64,000 nt of DNA from Glycera tridactyla (Eukaryota). This document shows, piece after piece, positions 1 to 12,820 of this stretch. Location: NCBI GenBank assembly GCA_965644265.1, contig OZ286470.1, forward strand, positions 65,782,001 through 65,846,000, read 5' to 3'. How positions within the stretch are numbered: position 1 is the stretch's first letter; every line of letters begins with the position of its first letter. The notes below the pieces were generated by a model, which worked only from the letters and a program-made list of their open reading frames with translations, was not told the DNA's origin and made no database searches. Made by a program: the position numbers and the translations under genes.

Positions 1-408
1 CCATTAAACCCGCCTTCCAAGAGATCTTTGAATGTTGATGAGATAGCTCTTCTCCCTCTCGCAGAGGTGTTTCTGATGGGTAGGACTTAGGACTGTGTAT
101 GCAGAGTGAAGACGAGAAGTGGGGTTTCACACAATTACCCCCACATATAGGTGACCACACTAGTACATGGCAAACTCGTTGGGACATCACCCAACCACAT
201 GATCTAGCAGTCATTGCAAGGAAAACACTAGACATCAGTCGTACTGGCTGAATATCCGAGGCTGTATATGCCAAATGTGAAGTTTACAGCAGGCAATCAT
301 TCAACCATGAAAATATGTCCTAATCAGTAGATGGTGCGACACTAGGTCAATTAAATAATCAATATATCCATTGCCAAAACAGTCTTTGATATCCCGATAT
401 CAGGTGTT

Positions 409-637
409 NNNNNNNNNNNNNNNNNNNNNNNNNNNNNNNNNNNNNNNNNNNNNNNNNNNNNNNNNNNNNNNNNNNNNNNNNNNNNNNNNNNNNNNNNNNN
501 NNNNNNNNNNNNNNNNNNNNNNNNNNNNNNNNNNNNNNNNNNNNNNNNNNNNNNNNNNNNNNNNNNNNNNNNNNNNNNNNNNNNNNNNNNNNNNNNNNNN
601 NNNNNNNNNNNNNNNNNNNNNNNNNNNNNNNNNNNNN
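409..637. other. Assembly gap (N run)
   Basis: Run of n characters. Confidence 0.99.
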
Positions 638-839
638 TTAATTCATTCGATCTTAAACCTATTTATCCACACATAACCGTCTGTCTGCCCGTCCGTCCGT
701 CCGTCCGTCCACCCGCCATTGCAGCCACCCATCAGTCTGCCCGCCCGTCTGTCCCAAGTGACCTGTCCCTCTTTCCACCATCTCATCCACCACTCCAATA
801 AATAGATCACTACTTCGAACAAAAATGATTGTATTACAG

Positions 840-1212
840 CCTGATCTGGTCGCTATAGAAGAGCAGAAAGTGATCATACGATCAGTGAAAACGGAGGCCC
901 GACTCATCTGTCTCTTCATGTACTCGTTTAACAAGCGAGTATTTCTCTTGGATGCCTATGACGAAGGGATGATCAACGGGGATTACATATTCTTCGGTAA
1001 TGATGTATCAAGCCTCATCGATGACGATCCGATATATCGTCCAGAGGTGGACCCTGAAGTCTTACTTGAAGGATTTCTGGCTTTGGCACCTTACTACCAA
1101 GAGGATGCCCTCGTTGACCAGCTCAATGCTGACATTGTGTCTGCTTTCGACGACCCCTTATTCGATGGATTTGATAACTCGGCTGATGTCAACCAAACAA
1201 ATATTTGGGCTG
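840..1212 (+). CDS. Receptor guanylyl cyclase-like gene 1, internal exon (ANF-receptor-type ligand-binding ectodomain)
   Basis: Acceptor ttacag|CCT and donor GCTG|gtgagt. Translates PDLVAIEEQ...RVFLLDAYDEGMINGDYIFF...TNIWA. Same length (373 bp) and phase as paralogous exon 62030-62402. Confidence 0.9.
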
Positions 1213-3832
1213 GTGAGTGAAATATCATGAAGATGTGACTGAGTGTCGGTAATTCCCATGGTTTGTTTGTTTGTTTGAGTTTAACGTCCTTTCAACTTTA
1301 TTGAGTTATAGCAACATTTTCTGTTGGGGACCAGGAGGTGTTTAGAATGACCCGACCCAATCCCCGTGCATAGGCGTCCTAATATAGCCCAGGTGGGTCT
1401 CATGGGACTTTGAACAAACAGATGATCACTATGAAGGAGCGAGTGGTGATGGGCGAGAGAGGACCAAGACCCTTTTCACTGCTATTCTAGAACTGTCATA
1501 TACAGTAAGGGCACCCCCCCCCCCCCCAATGAAGTTTTTTATAGCATCCTTGAATATAGAATAGTGCACGAATCACCCTATACATTCTGTAATGTCCCTC
1601 ACAGCACTATACCGAAGATCTTCATATTCTCCAGGTACATCAAAGCCAGTGTGGAAGATTATCACATCAATTATGGCATAAATGATGCAGGTGGAAAACC
1701 ATCAAAACTATCTCCTCAACTGATCATCAACAAAGAGCTACCTCTCCATGAAAATCACTGATGCATCCAAGTGGTCTCCATTCACATATCCCACTGTATT
1801 GAAATTGCTATCTGCCTGTGCTATATCAGGGACTTTGGCAATCAAAACTCAATTTTAGATGATGTCATGACAAGGTCTCTAAATCTCTCAGCAGACTGAA
1901 GACGATTGCAACTACGGGAAAACTGTTCACATAAGACCCATAAAATAGAAATCCCCATGCAAGAGGAGACCACTTCTGCAAGAGCAGCTTTCCTGTTTGA
2001 CATAGATAACTTCACCTCTGATGAGAGACCACTCTTTGGTGACTTTCAGGGCAGTCTTTGATCACAGGTCTTAAATCAAAAATGGCATAGCCATGCTTTT
2101 TCGATCTATGAAAATGTATATGGTGGAGACCCTTCATGGCAAGGCCACCTGTCTTCAATATCACTTGAGATAAGATGCTGCAGTGAAATACATGATGAGG
2201 GACCACCGAAAATGTCTCCTAAAAGTGGTCTCTCAAAAGAGGTGGTCTCTCATCAGAGGTATAATTGACTAGGTCAAATAAAGGAGCTGCCCTGAAAAAA
2301 AGCGGTCTTCCCTGAGAGGTGGTCTATTGTCAGAGGATCTCTTGTCACAGGTTCCACTATAAAACTATGATGCATAAAGAGGGACCAAACATGATGGGAA
2401 TACCCTAGGATTTCACTGTATTCTCTGTCTTATTATGACTTTGATATTGGTGCTAATTGGTGCGAGTTTGAGGGATGGATTCAACAGTTTGGATGTTTTC
2501 ATGGGTGGGCTAGGCTGCTGGATGAGAAATGATGGTCTGTGAATTGGAAGGTGATGGGGGAGAGGACTATCAGTACATCTAGGCCAACTGGTAGATCCAC
2601 AGCCTGTGATGTCTGCTTGTTTAGCTGCCCCTCACTGCTGTCCACTTGCACATCATCTACATCCTATATCCCATCCTGAATTGATGGCAGGCAGACAGCA
2701 TATGGATAGGACAGACCCATCTTTTGACTCTTTTTAGAAAGTGTCACAAGTGAGGACTCGGAGAACCTCATATTTTGGGCCAACTTTCATTAGCCTGTTT
2801 TTTGATATGCTTGACATTGATTCTGTTTGCTCATGATGGGATGGTCTCTACTTTGAGTTTACATACTGCATTCAATCATGTAACAGTTCAAAGGATGTGG
2901 TGAAAGTTTTGTTAATGTATATCACCATAGCTAATTTATGATAATATCTCACATCAGCAGCAGCAGGGCTTTTCGCAGCCCTGTTGGAGGATGAATATGG
3001 GGCAGACCTCAAGTGATTGCACTCATATATCATCTGTTCTATGGAAAATTTCCCATTCTGGAGAGCTGTTAGATACATCTCTAACCATTTAGGCCTCAAA
3101 CACCATCTCCCACCTGACATATGGTATCTAATTGACAGAATTCATGAGGGGACTATTTCTTTGAGTGCACACACTGAAGACACATGGATTTTTGGCCTGC
3201 TGCTCCTGCATAAAGCCTGGCAGAGCCATTCTTCGATACATTACTACATTCTTATACTGATAGCTTACAACATCACTATTATTAAGTAGAATATCTCGAA
3301 GTATGCAAGTAGACAGTGGCAATATGCTTTCAACCATTTCCCTCCTTTTTCAAGAATTTATTTGCGAATTCTTTCATGCCATAATCGTCAAATCTGTTCT
3401 TTGCGATATTGCCGTTTTCTGAGCGCTGTCACGAACATTTCACCTACATGGAATAATCATTGTGATACCTAGTCCGATGTGTCTATTCTATCCTTCATGG
3501 AAATTGTACAACTGGGTGATTGAAGCAATTCTATCCACCGATCATCTCGATTTTGGTGCTGATCACTGAACAATACTGCTTTTCCAAATAGTGACAGCGT
3601 TCAACAAAAGAGGCCTCTCATATTTACATGATTGTGACCTTGTGAAATCACAGGGCAGGGTCAAGACGTGGAATATGAGAATCATACTAGTCCAAATTAT
3701 GACCCATGGGGGTTGAGAGGCCGTTTAACCCTTGCAAACTAACAAACGAACTAAAATTACAAATACACGGGGGGATTGGCCATGCCATGAAGATATGTAT
3801 GCCTATGATGATCCTTTCCATATGTTCAATAG

Positions 3833-4038
3833 GTTTTTTGCATGATGCTGTGTTACTGTGGGCATATGGTGTCAATCGAACCCTCAGAGAAGGCGGGGCT
3901 GCCGATGATGGCGTTGCCATCTCGGCCAATATCTTCAACATCACCATTAAGGGAGGTGTATCTGGTAATATCTCCATCGACCACAAGGGTGATCGTAAAG
4001 TTGATCGGAAAATTTCTATCATGCAGCCAGGTCCGAAG
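3833..4038 (+). CDS. Receptor guanylyl cyclase-like gene 1, internal exon (ectodomain C-terminal part)
   Basis: Acceptor caatag|GT and donor AAG|gtaaga. Phase 1 joins the previous exon to give AGFLHDAVLLWAYGVNRTL...GVSGNISIDHKGDR, typical of the NPR/rGC ectodomain. Confidence 0.88.
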
Positions 4039-4195
4039 GTAAGAGGACACAAACGAGCAATGACCATGGTCACCAATAGATATAGTGTATGTCCCCGAAC
4101 TCTAATCGAAAATGCTGGCCAAGTTGAGGCCAGCGAACCGATTCCACGTTTGATGCGTAGTGGCCAACAATAACTGACCTAGTGGGAGTCATGTG

Positions 4196-4640
4196 AATCA
4201 AATGTGCACAGGGCAACACCATGGTCATCATTATTGAAACAGAAATGTACACAGGGTAACACCATGGTCATCATTATTGAAACAGAAATGTACACAGGGC
4301 AACACCATGGTCATCATTATTGAAACAGAAATGTACACAGGGTAACACCATGGTCATCATTATCGAAACAGACATTTACACAGAGCAACACCATGGTCAT
4401 CATTATTGAAACAGAAATGTACACAGGGCAACACCTTGGTCATCATTATTGAAACAGAAATGTGCACAGGGTAACACCATGGTCATCATTATCGAAACAG
4501 ACATTTACACAGAGCAACACCATGGTCATCATTATTGAAACAGAAATGTACACAGGGCAACACCTTGGTCATCATTATTGAAACAGAAATGTGCACAGGG
4601 TAACACCATGGTCAACATTTTTTGAAACAGAAATGACGAC
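4196..4640. repeat. 43-bp minisatellite (~10 copies) in intron
   Basis: Unit gcaacaccatggtcatcattattgaaacagaaatgtacacagg; ggg at 4211 and 4254 gives period 43. Confidence 0.95.
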
Positions 4641-5229
4641 AGGTGCCTGCCTACTGTAGTAGAAGTCCAAGGCTCGTTCAATGAGTGCAGTTGCATATAT
4701 AGTCAGCGGAAGATGGATAATAGCTCTGGTTCAAATTCAAATTCAAATTCAAAAAAACTTTATTTTAACTCGTAATACACAAAAATAGTAAAAGCATGCA
4801 GATATATGGAAGCATATTTTTCCGGCACACATGAGTGGGGGAAATAGGGGATTTAGGATATTCAACATTATAATTACATATATACAACATCAAAATTTCT
4901 AAATAGATGAATAAAACAGTATGGGGGATAAATTAGTATGGGATAATCACAGACGCACACACACTTACACACCGACTCATATCCCAATGAATTAACAATC
5001 ACATCACACACACAATATCCTGATTTCAGCAACCGTCGCAGGAAACTAGAGGATAGGGGGGGGGGGGGAGTAATCCCTATCTTATGGGGATCTATACTGG
5101 GACCCGGGGCCTTGTGCAAATCACATCAAAAAAATAGAAGAAGAATATAATAAAAGACAAAAAGGTTCATGACACACGCTAGCTAGGTCAGGTCAGTTAC
5201 ATCTCACTCCACACTCTTTCGGGTAATGC

Positions 5230-5900
5230 TGCCTAGTTCCCATGGGATCAGGGTAGAATTGACCGTGCTTTTGAAGCTGTTAGACGAACATGATTCTTTC
5301 AAAGAATTATGTGACATATTCCAAACTACTGCACCACGATATCTGAAATTGCCTTTTGACCATTTTAGCCTTAGCGGAGGGACTTGCAGGTGTTTGTTGA
5401 TACTAGATCTTGTTTCTCTAGAATGAGACTCACTGTACAGGTGCTTTGTCTGTTCTCAAAATCTTAAACATACAAGTTGCTGAATGTTTAGTACATCTAG
5501 TTGCCAGCGTGTCAAGACCCAGATCATCATGTAGCGCTTACATTTCATGAGGATGGTCCTGCTAGTGCAATTCTGGACTCGCTGGAGCATAGTGGAGTCA
5601 CGTTGGGGTAGGTTATCATAAACGATATCGCAGTAGTCAAAGATAGGAGTGACCAGTGTTTTATATAATCTAAGTGCAGTTTCTTGGTCAATGAGGGGCC
5701 TTAGGGTTCGGTGATTTCACACCTTGGGCACCAATAGGATACAGATATAGTGGTTCAGTGACAGAGGCACTAGCTCGCACATTTGCCATGACTCACGACT
5801 AGTTGGCTGCTTGGTTGGCTGCTTTAGGACAGGTGTTTTTTGTCATCTGGGAGAAGAAATGAGTGCTATCATGGTGCGTAAGACAGGTGTGAGCTCAGGA
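5230..5900 (-). mobile_element. Degenerate 3' end of CR1/L2-type LINE
   Basis: Minus-strand pieces read ...YKTLVTPIFDYCDIV... and ...LQVPPLRLKWSKGNFRYRGAVVWN..., with stops and frameshifts. Boundaries approximate. Confidence 0.65.
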
Positions 5901-6430
5901 CAGTAAATTTCACTGATGATAATTTGGAGGCAAATTAAAATGGTTGCCTATGCCAGTTGGCTACTTAGTCGAGGTGTCCTTTATAGCAGGCTCAACTGTA
6001 TACGTTGTATATCAAAAAGGGGTTGTGATGGTGATATGCTGCATAACTCATAATTGCTGAAAACCAGCAGAACCTTACTGTTCGTGTTTCTTCTTATTGC
6101 CACATACTATAATATGCCAGGATCAGGAACATTTCCCCGTGACATTATCATGTGTTTCTGCTGAGCTTTATGCGCTGCATCATGCAGGCAGTGGGCGCAT
6201 GGTGGGCAGCTCACATCTTGGGGAGTGCGCTTTCTAGTTCTCTACATTGCCGATTGTGTTGCTTTATAGAGTGACACGCCAATCCCAGCGCATCGTCGGC
6301 GAAGGCAGTCCCCTATCACCAAATTGACTGAGGGGAGACAGAGCGGCTCCATCTATGTTGCTCTCGTGCTCACTTTCCCGCGAGCTGAACATGGCTCCAT
6401 TTCGTATTCGCATCACGCGGAGAACGAGCT

Positions 6431-6530
6431 GTCTGCCTGTCTGCCTGACCGGCTGGCTGGCTGACTGACTGACTGACTGACTGGCTGACTGACTGACTGA
6501 CTGACTGACTAACTGACTGACTGACGGACT
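6431..6530. repeat. (GTCT/GGCT/GACT)n microsatellite
   Basis: Direct tetranucleotide repeats. Confidence 0.95.
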
Positions 6531-6578
6531 CTTGTGGGCGAATCTAGATGCCTTGCATCACGTAGTTCTTTACCATAG

Positions 6579-6774
6579 GTTGTACAGCTGTTTCACTGGC
6601 ATGGTGCTGAAGGCCGATTGGAGAATGTGTTTCATCCTACGTCAATTGGTAACTGGAGTGGCCTCTACTGGGGAGGCGGATCAACTTCAGTTCCTACAGG
6701 GGCGCCTCCGTGTGGGTGGCAGCAGGAGTACTGTCCTCTTCAAACAAAAGGTGTCACTTCGTCAGTCATCACAG
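6579..6774 (+). CDS. Receptor guanylyl cyclase-like gene 1, juxtamembrane exon (not in the ORF-track frame)
   Basis: Acceptor ccatag|GTT and donor ACAG|gtgagt. Translates VVQLFHWHGAEG...LYWGGGSTSVPTGAPPCGWQQEYCP..., the conserved WxGG...PxCG...CP juxtamembrane motif. Phases 0/1 fit both neighbouring exons. Confidence 0.88.
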
Positions 6775-6874
6775 GTGAGTTCATGTGAACATAGGCATCT
6801 TTGCTATGATCCTCATCCTCATCATCTTCATCTTCATCTCCATCTCCTTCTTATTATTATTCTTCTTCTTCTTT

Positions 6875-6876
<2 letters not shown>

Positions 6877-6948
<72 letters not shown>
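6877..6948. repeat. (CAT)n microsatellite
   Basis: Direct trinucleotide run. Confidence 0.97.
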
Positions 6949-6949
<1 letters not shown>

Positions 6950-7303
6950 GTCATTATCATCCTCTAACCGTCAGGGAATGCACTAGTCCATGGATAATGT
7001 CCGACTTGTATGCTTATATACATAAATCAGGTCATTTTTTGCTTAGGCTACTTTCCTTCAGCCAACCGTAATTTTCAGCGACAAAATACAAAAGTCGTCA
7101 CGAGTTATACATCTTTCAACAGTCAAATTACAGTCGAACCTAACCTATGCAGCCACCCCTGGGGAGGACATGTAAATTATAGTGGAAATACTGCCGGTGG
7201 ACTGCTTAGGACAGGTTGCTGCTTAGTTCAATGGCTGCATATGACAGAATAGACTCTATAGTCTAGAACATGCTTTTGAGAATCGACCAATTCCGTCAGC
7301 CTC

Positions 7304-7388
7304 ATATCGATGGCTCAGCGCAATACTAGGCTAACTCTTTACCATTTCTATAGTGAGTTAGACTAGTATTGCGCTGAGCCATCGATAT
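7304..7388. repeat. Inverted repeat, 34-bp arms (1 mismatch), 17-nt loop
   Basis: atatcgatggctcagcgcaatactaggctaactc (7304-7337) vs gagttagactagtattgcgctgagccatcgatat (7355-7388). Confidence 0.95.
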
Positions 7389-7478
7389 ATTTATGAATGG
7401 TTCGGAGATATGTCGAGCGTAATTCAATTCAAACAATCAACCAATCTCTTCCAAGCGTGATAATTTGTCTTTTTTTAG

Positions 7479-9433
7479 GAGTGCTGTCCATGTTGGGTGT
7501 GTTGATGCTTATCGTCGCTTTGCTCTACCTCTACAAAAAGCAACTCGAAAAGTCGAACCTGGCAAGAGCCTATCAGTGTTTCATCGACCTCCCATCGTTA
7601 AGCCTCGTGTACTGGCAATCTCAAGATCTTGAACCCATCAACAATAGAACAGACTCAAGAGTGAACCAAAGGACTGGTGCAGGCTCAAGATCTAGCCAAG
7701 GATCGCAAACCATTAACCAAAACAGAGATGTGTCCACGGCAGATGGGATGCACCCTTCAGAAACTATTCCAATTGATGAAAATGAAAAGTCGGTTGATTT
7801 GATATTGATTACGGGAAGCATGCTATTTGACCAGAGTTGGCGGGAAAAGGGCAAATTCGTGCATTTGGACGTGGATTCAACTTTGGAAGAACCTATCCCG
7901 ACAGGTACTACTGTGTTTGGCAGTCTTAGTGGTTTGCCCGTTGTAATACGGGCGTATAGTAATCATTTCATGAGCTCAGAAAAATCGGTTCTCTTACGAG
8001 ATATCTGCAACATACGATTTCTCAAACACAAGAATCTGGCGTCCTTTCTTGGCGTCAGCGAGACGTCATCACTGATCCTAATCATAAGGGAGCAAGTTTC
8101 CAGGGGCAGTGTTCGAAACCTGATTGATGATCCTGAGATCAAGTTCTCACAGGAGATGAAACTCTCGTTTGTGACTGACATCACTTTTGGCCTTTATGCT
8201 TTGCACAAAAGCACTGTCAAATACCACGGTCACCTAACAAGCAGTAATTGCGTAGTTGATAAAAGATGGGTCTGCAAAATCACCGATTTCGGATTCAATG
8301 GTGTTCGAAAATTCACTGAGAACGAGGATGGACTTCCCGATGATGCAAAACTATGGACAGCCCCCGAAGTCCTCCGTGGAGCCTCCAATTTCATCCCAGG
8401 ATCAGCCGATATATACTCGTTCGGGATCATCATACAAGAGATCGTGATGGAAAGCTTGCCATTTGTTGATAATCTGCCCGGCCTGACTAGTACTGAGATT
8501 ATCTCAAGAATTAAAGAGGGAGATAATCCACCATACCGACCCTTTATGGATCCACTCTATCATCACGGATGGATTAACTTAGCAAGTCTGTGCTGGGAGG
8601 AAGACCCAAGAAAGCGTCCTTCATCAACGAGTATCCTTCGGGAAATCAGGAAAATGAACCATGGCAAAATTCCTGATTTGGTGGATATGATGGTACAGAA
8701 TATGGAGAAACACACAGGAGTGTTGGAGAGAAGTGTTAAAGAGAGAAATGCTGAACTGATCGGAGAACAGAGGAGAATGGATGCCATACTGGGAGAGTTA
8801 CTCCCGCGAAGTGTGCTTGAGCAGTTGAAATCAGATACACAAGTTGCACCAGAATCATTTGATGAGGTCAGCATGTTTTCCTCCGATATTGTTGGCTTCA
8901 CCAGTGTTTGTGCTGGGTCCACACCAATACAAGTGGTTCAGATGTTGAATTCACTCTACTACGAATTCGATAAGATTGCTGACAAGTATGATGTTTATAA
9001 AGTAGCTACCATCGGCGATGCGTATATCGTCGCCAGTGGTGTACCTTTGCGGAATGGGAGAAAGCATGCTGGAGAAATTGCAGCGATGTCTTTAGATATA
9101 GTGCATGTAGTAGCTAACTTTGAGATCCCGCACCGAACAAACGAGCGGCTTCATATACGCATAGGCTTACACACAGGCCCTTGTACTGCTGGGGTAACCG
9201 GCACCAAAACACCAAGATACTTGCTCTTCGGGGAGACAGTGGAAATTTGTGCTAGGTTAGAAGCCAGTGGGAAAGCCATGAGAATTCATGTTAGCGAAGA
9301 TTGTGCGGCCCTACTTGAGGTTGATAATCACCACATCTTGGAATTACGGGGTGATGTGAAAATCAAAGGTTTTGGGACGATGCGAACGTTTTGGCTTGGT
9401 GGCACATCGAAGACCGGTAAGAAGGACTTCTGA
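7479..9433 (+). CDS. Receptor guanylyl cyclase-like gene 1, terminal exon: TM helix + kinase-homology domain + hinge + class III cyclase domain
   Basis: Acceptor ttttttag|GA (phase 1). TM GVLSMLGVLMLIVALLYLYKK; KHD HGHLTSSNCVVDKRWVCKITDFG and KLWTAPE; cyclase SDIVGFT, VYKVATIGDAYIVASG, IRIGLHTGP, PRYLLFGETV, RIHVS; stop TGA 9431-9433. Confidence 0.93.
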
Positions 9434-10456
9434 AAGTATCAAAGTGAATCCAAATGTGAATAGACATGAACAGACATTCAGTGAGGTGTCCATCTGGTAG
9501 AATGTCACCTAGTGGCAAGTAGTGGTGGAGATGATAGGTCTCCCTCATTCATGATACAGAAATTCAATCAAAAATTCAGTCACAATTAATGGTATAGAGA
9601 TAGGTATAGCCTTTTATACGGGTGGATTTATTTCTTCTGAAGCATAATTCTGAAATCCATAAGCCATGATAATGACTTCTCAGTAAATTAGAGGAGTCAT
9701 TGGCTGATTCTGTACTAGCCATATATCAAGCATGTGAGATGTACAGTGCAAAGCCTGCACTTCTTCAGTCATATTCGACGAGAAGGATCACCTATTAAGT
9801 TGAATATATCATACTGATTGCTGAAAAGCACGACGAATAATAACCCACATTCACAGAGAATATCCATGGTGGTGATAGGAGCGGAGGGTGTAGGGCAGCT
9901 TACTGCTAGCACCACCTTGTGTCAATAGACTGAAATACACTTATGTAAACCTTTAGAATTAAATTCTGTTATCCTTCATAGCCGGTGAATCTCTGCATAC
10001 GGGTACTAGAGTGGAACTAGTGGTGAGCAAGGAGCCCCGATACTGATATCAGCTGCATGGCAGATGCATATATTTGGTCCAACCTTGGCTCATTCTTTTA
10101 CCTATATACATTGCGAATTGATGAATTTCCTAAATTTTTTCAAGACAATGCTTACAACATCTGGGTGATTCTGCATGATATTGGTTTGAGATGAATGAGC
10201 AAAAGGTGGAAAGAGGCATTACAAGCTCACCGAATCAGGTCCAAATGCTAAATGCAACTGGTGCATTGTACTGCCAGCAAAGGGCAACCATTATGGTAAA
10301 GCTGTTCACGTTAATGTGTCAGAGGTGTGTCTGAAACTGTCAGCTACTTGACAACCCTAAAGGTTCACCATCATCTGGTGTTCAGGGTTTGTGAAAGCGA
10401 TGTCTGCAGGGAAGAGAACATGTAGCTTTCATTGACCAGGAACACACGGCAAACAT

Positions 10457-10460
<4 letters not shown>

Positions 10461-10514
<54 letters not shown>

Positions 10515-10590
10515 TGTGTGTGTTTAAGAAGCGTGTGTCTGAAGCACATCATACTCCTTGCTCACCGCTAGGAGTACATCATAGAAGTTG

Positions 10591-10672
<82 letters not shown>
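10461..10672. repeat. Two (TG)n microsatellites (10461-10523, 10594-10672)
   Basis: Direct dinucleotide runs. Confidence 0.97.
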
Positions 10673-10673
<1 letters not shown>

Positions 10674-11504
10674 TCCACCATGTAGGGAGGATAGGTGGCG
10701 CAATGTATCACTAAAAATCATTATCCCATGTGGCATATGCCCTGACACATGAGAACGACAGTCGCTCCGATGTAGCCGAGACATTCACACCCCATCTGTC
10801 GCCTCCTCCATCTCAGGTGAGTGTGAATAATCCATTCTGTCGGATCGTGCTCAATGCTATAGTGATGGCTTGCCACAATACATCCTGGATTTAAGCACTT
10901 CGAAGGAGAGAAAAATATCACCATTCATAACCTATAACACATCCATTACAGGAAATCCATCCAACATGCACACACGTACACACCCATACGTATGTATGTG
11001 GGTGGTGTGTGTGTATGTATGTATGTATGCGTGTGTATGTGCATGTATGCATGCATGCATGAATGTATGTATGTATATAATCGTGAAATCTCATATGAAA
11101 TAAAAGCAACCGGAACAAGACTTTCAAGGCGAATATCAGATAATTTCAAAGGCTAGATCTTGAGCCTGCACCAGTCCTTTGGTTCACTCTTGAGTCTCTT
11201 CTCAAACACCTATATTCTGTTGCAGTTTGCATGGATTTGAGGTGAAATAAATCAGATATCACGAAGATCATGCAATGGAGTCTTATGCAAATATGAGTGG
11301 ACTATTTTGTATGAGTAGTGACACTATTCGAACGAACGAGATTGACGCTGGCTTAAATTTTTACGATGGGTAGAATAGTTGTCACGCAATCAACGTCCCA
11401 ATATAGCCCAGGTTGCGCTTTCGACACAAAACATGAATTGGAGGAACGGGTCCCGCCTTTGATTGAAATATTTCCAATCTCACAATGTGCAATGATTGGA
11501 AAGA

Positions 11505-11660
11505 CAGTCAAACCTGCTCGAGAGACCGCCTCTCTGAAAAGGCCGCCTGCCCATAAAGGTCACCCTGAGCCGTGACCGCGATAGGATTTCAACAGTAAAT
11601 GATCTCTCCATGAAGGTCACCTCTGCCTACAAAGGTGGTCTCTATAGACAGGTTCAACTG
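11505..11660. mobile_element. MITE, CAGTCGAACCTG family (Tc1/mariner/pogo-like non-autonomous)
   Basis: Ends cagtcaaacctg ... caggttcaactg followed by TA; internal sequence similar to copies at 32099 and 59715. Confidence 0.75.
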
Positions 11661-12820
11661 TATGTTGATGATGACATGTGTTACAAGTAAAACGTGATTA
11701 CCGATAATGTTTCATCATTATGACGAAGAAAACCGCCACAATGAACGGGTAAATACATGCATGCATGCAAATGAGCATGTTCACCAATCTACACTCACAT
11801 AATAGGCTAATTACTTCCTCAGATATCATACGAAACAAGAAGTGCCTTTAAGTTGCACATTATGTAACCTTCTGCCAATAACCTAGAAGGAGCACCTTCT
11901 TAAGTATTGCCATCGAGGATGATGTGGCCTAGGAGTAGCATCATCCCTTCTCTTTTTCTCGATAGATTTTGGTGTAGGGGTTGAATGAAAACAGACCTTC
12001 AGATTTTCTATCATCTGTCTTTAGGCATTTTCTATCAAAATTACACTATCACCATGGTCCCTTTCTCTTCACCTCTTTCGTATTTCTTCAGCGAAATGGT
12101 CTCAGGTGTAGGTAGCTAACGGTTTGCCTGTTGCAGATATTGTCACTATGCAAAAAGTGGGTACCAGGCACACCAGTTTAGGGTTACTAGGGCTGCTACT
12201 GGGTCACTAGGATGTGTGATGGCAGTGTACTGCGAGCATAGGGCAAGAATTAATTGTAAAGCTGGTTTGAGTGTTAGCTTCCAGTTACATAGTTAGATGT
12301 GCCATCATTAGATTCAGTCTGTTCAAGAAGAGTAGGTAGAGGTGTGTCTGAACTGTTAGCCATTTCCTCTTGACAGCCATTCAGGTTCCCCATCATCTTA
12401 TGTTCAGGGTTTGTGAGGTGATGTCGGAAAGAGATCATCTAGCCTTCATTGACCAGGAACACACGGCATGTATAATCCTCTAGGTTGATACATGCCGTTG
12501 AACCTCAAACAAACAAACAATTCAAAGGCTTCAAAAAGGCTCTATATCTCTGGGAGTGTATCAAGACACCCTCCCCCTCCCCCACTACAGAGCTTGACAG
12601 TGCGATAAAGACACAATTACAAGGCAAGTACATATGAGGCTAGCCGTGACATAGTACAAGTTGTTGAGTGAGATGGGAATCCACTGACACGTGGTGGTGA
12701 ATAGCATTGCTTATGTCAATATCATTACAACTCTAGTTGGTTGAACATACTTTGGACAGGGGAATGATATCCCACCGAACATCCTGTCCACCAGCCCTTG
12801 ACTTGCAACCTACGCCCATT

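Noticed and set aside
371-676. ORFs spanning N runs (also 53865-54251, 54895-55440)
   Set aside because: Artefacts of assembly gaps.
4196-4640. CRISPR-like regular repeats (also 63590-63930)
   Set aside because: Head-to-tail minisatellites with no unique spacers, in a eukaryotic intron context.
6532-7071. 179-aa poly-His ORF and 60-aa poly-Ile ORF
   Set aside because: Produced by the (CAT)n tract; the real exon here is in another frame (6579-6774).
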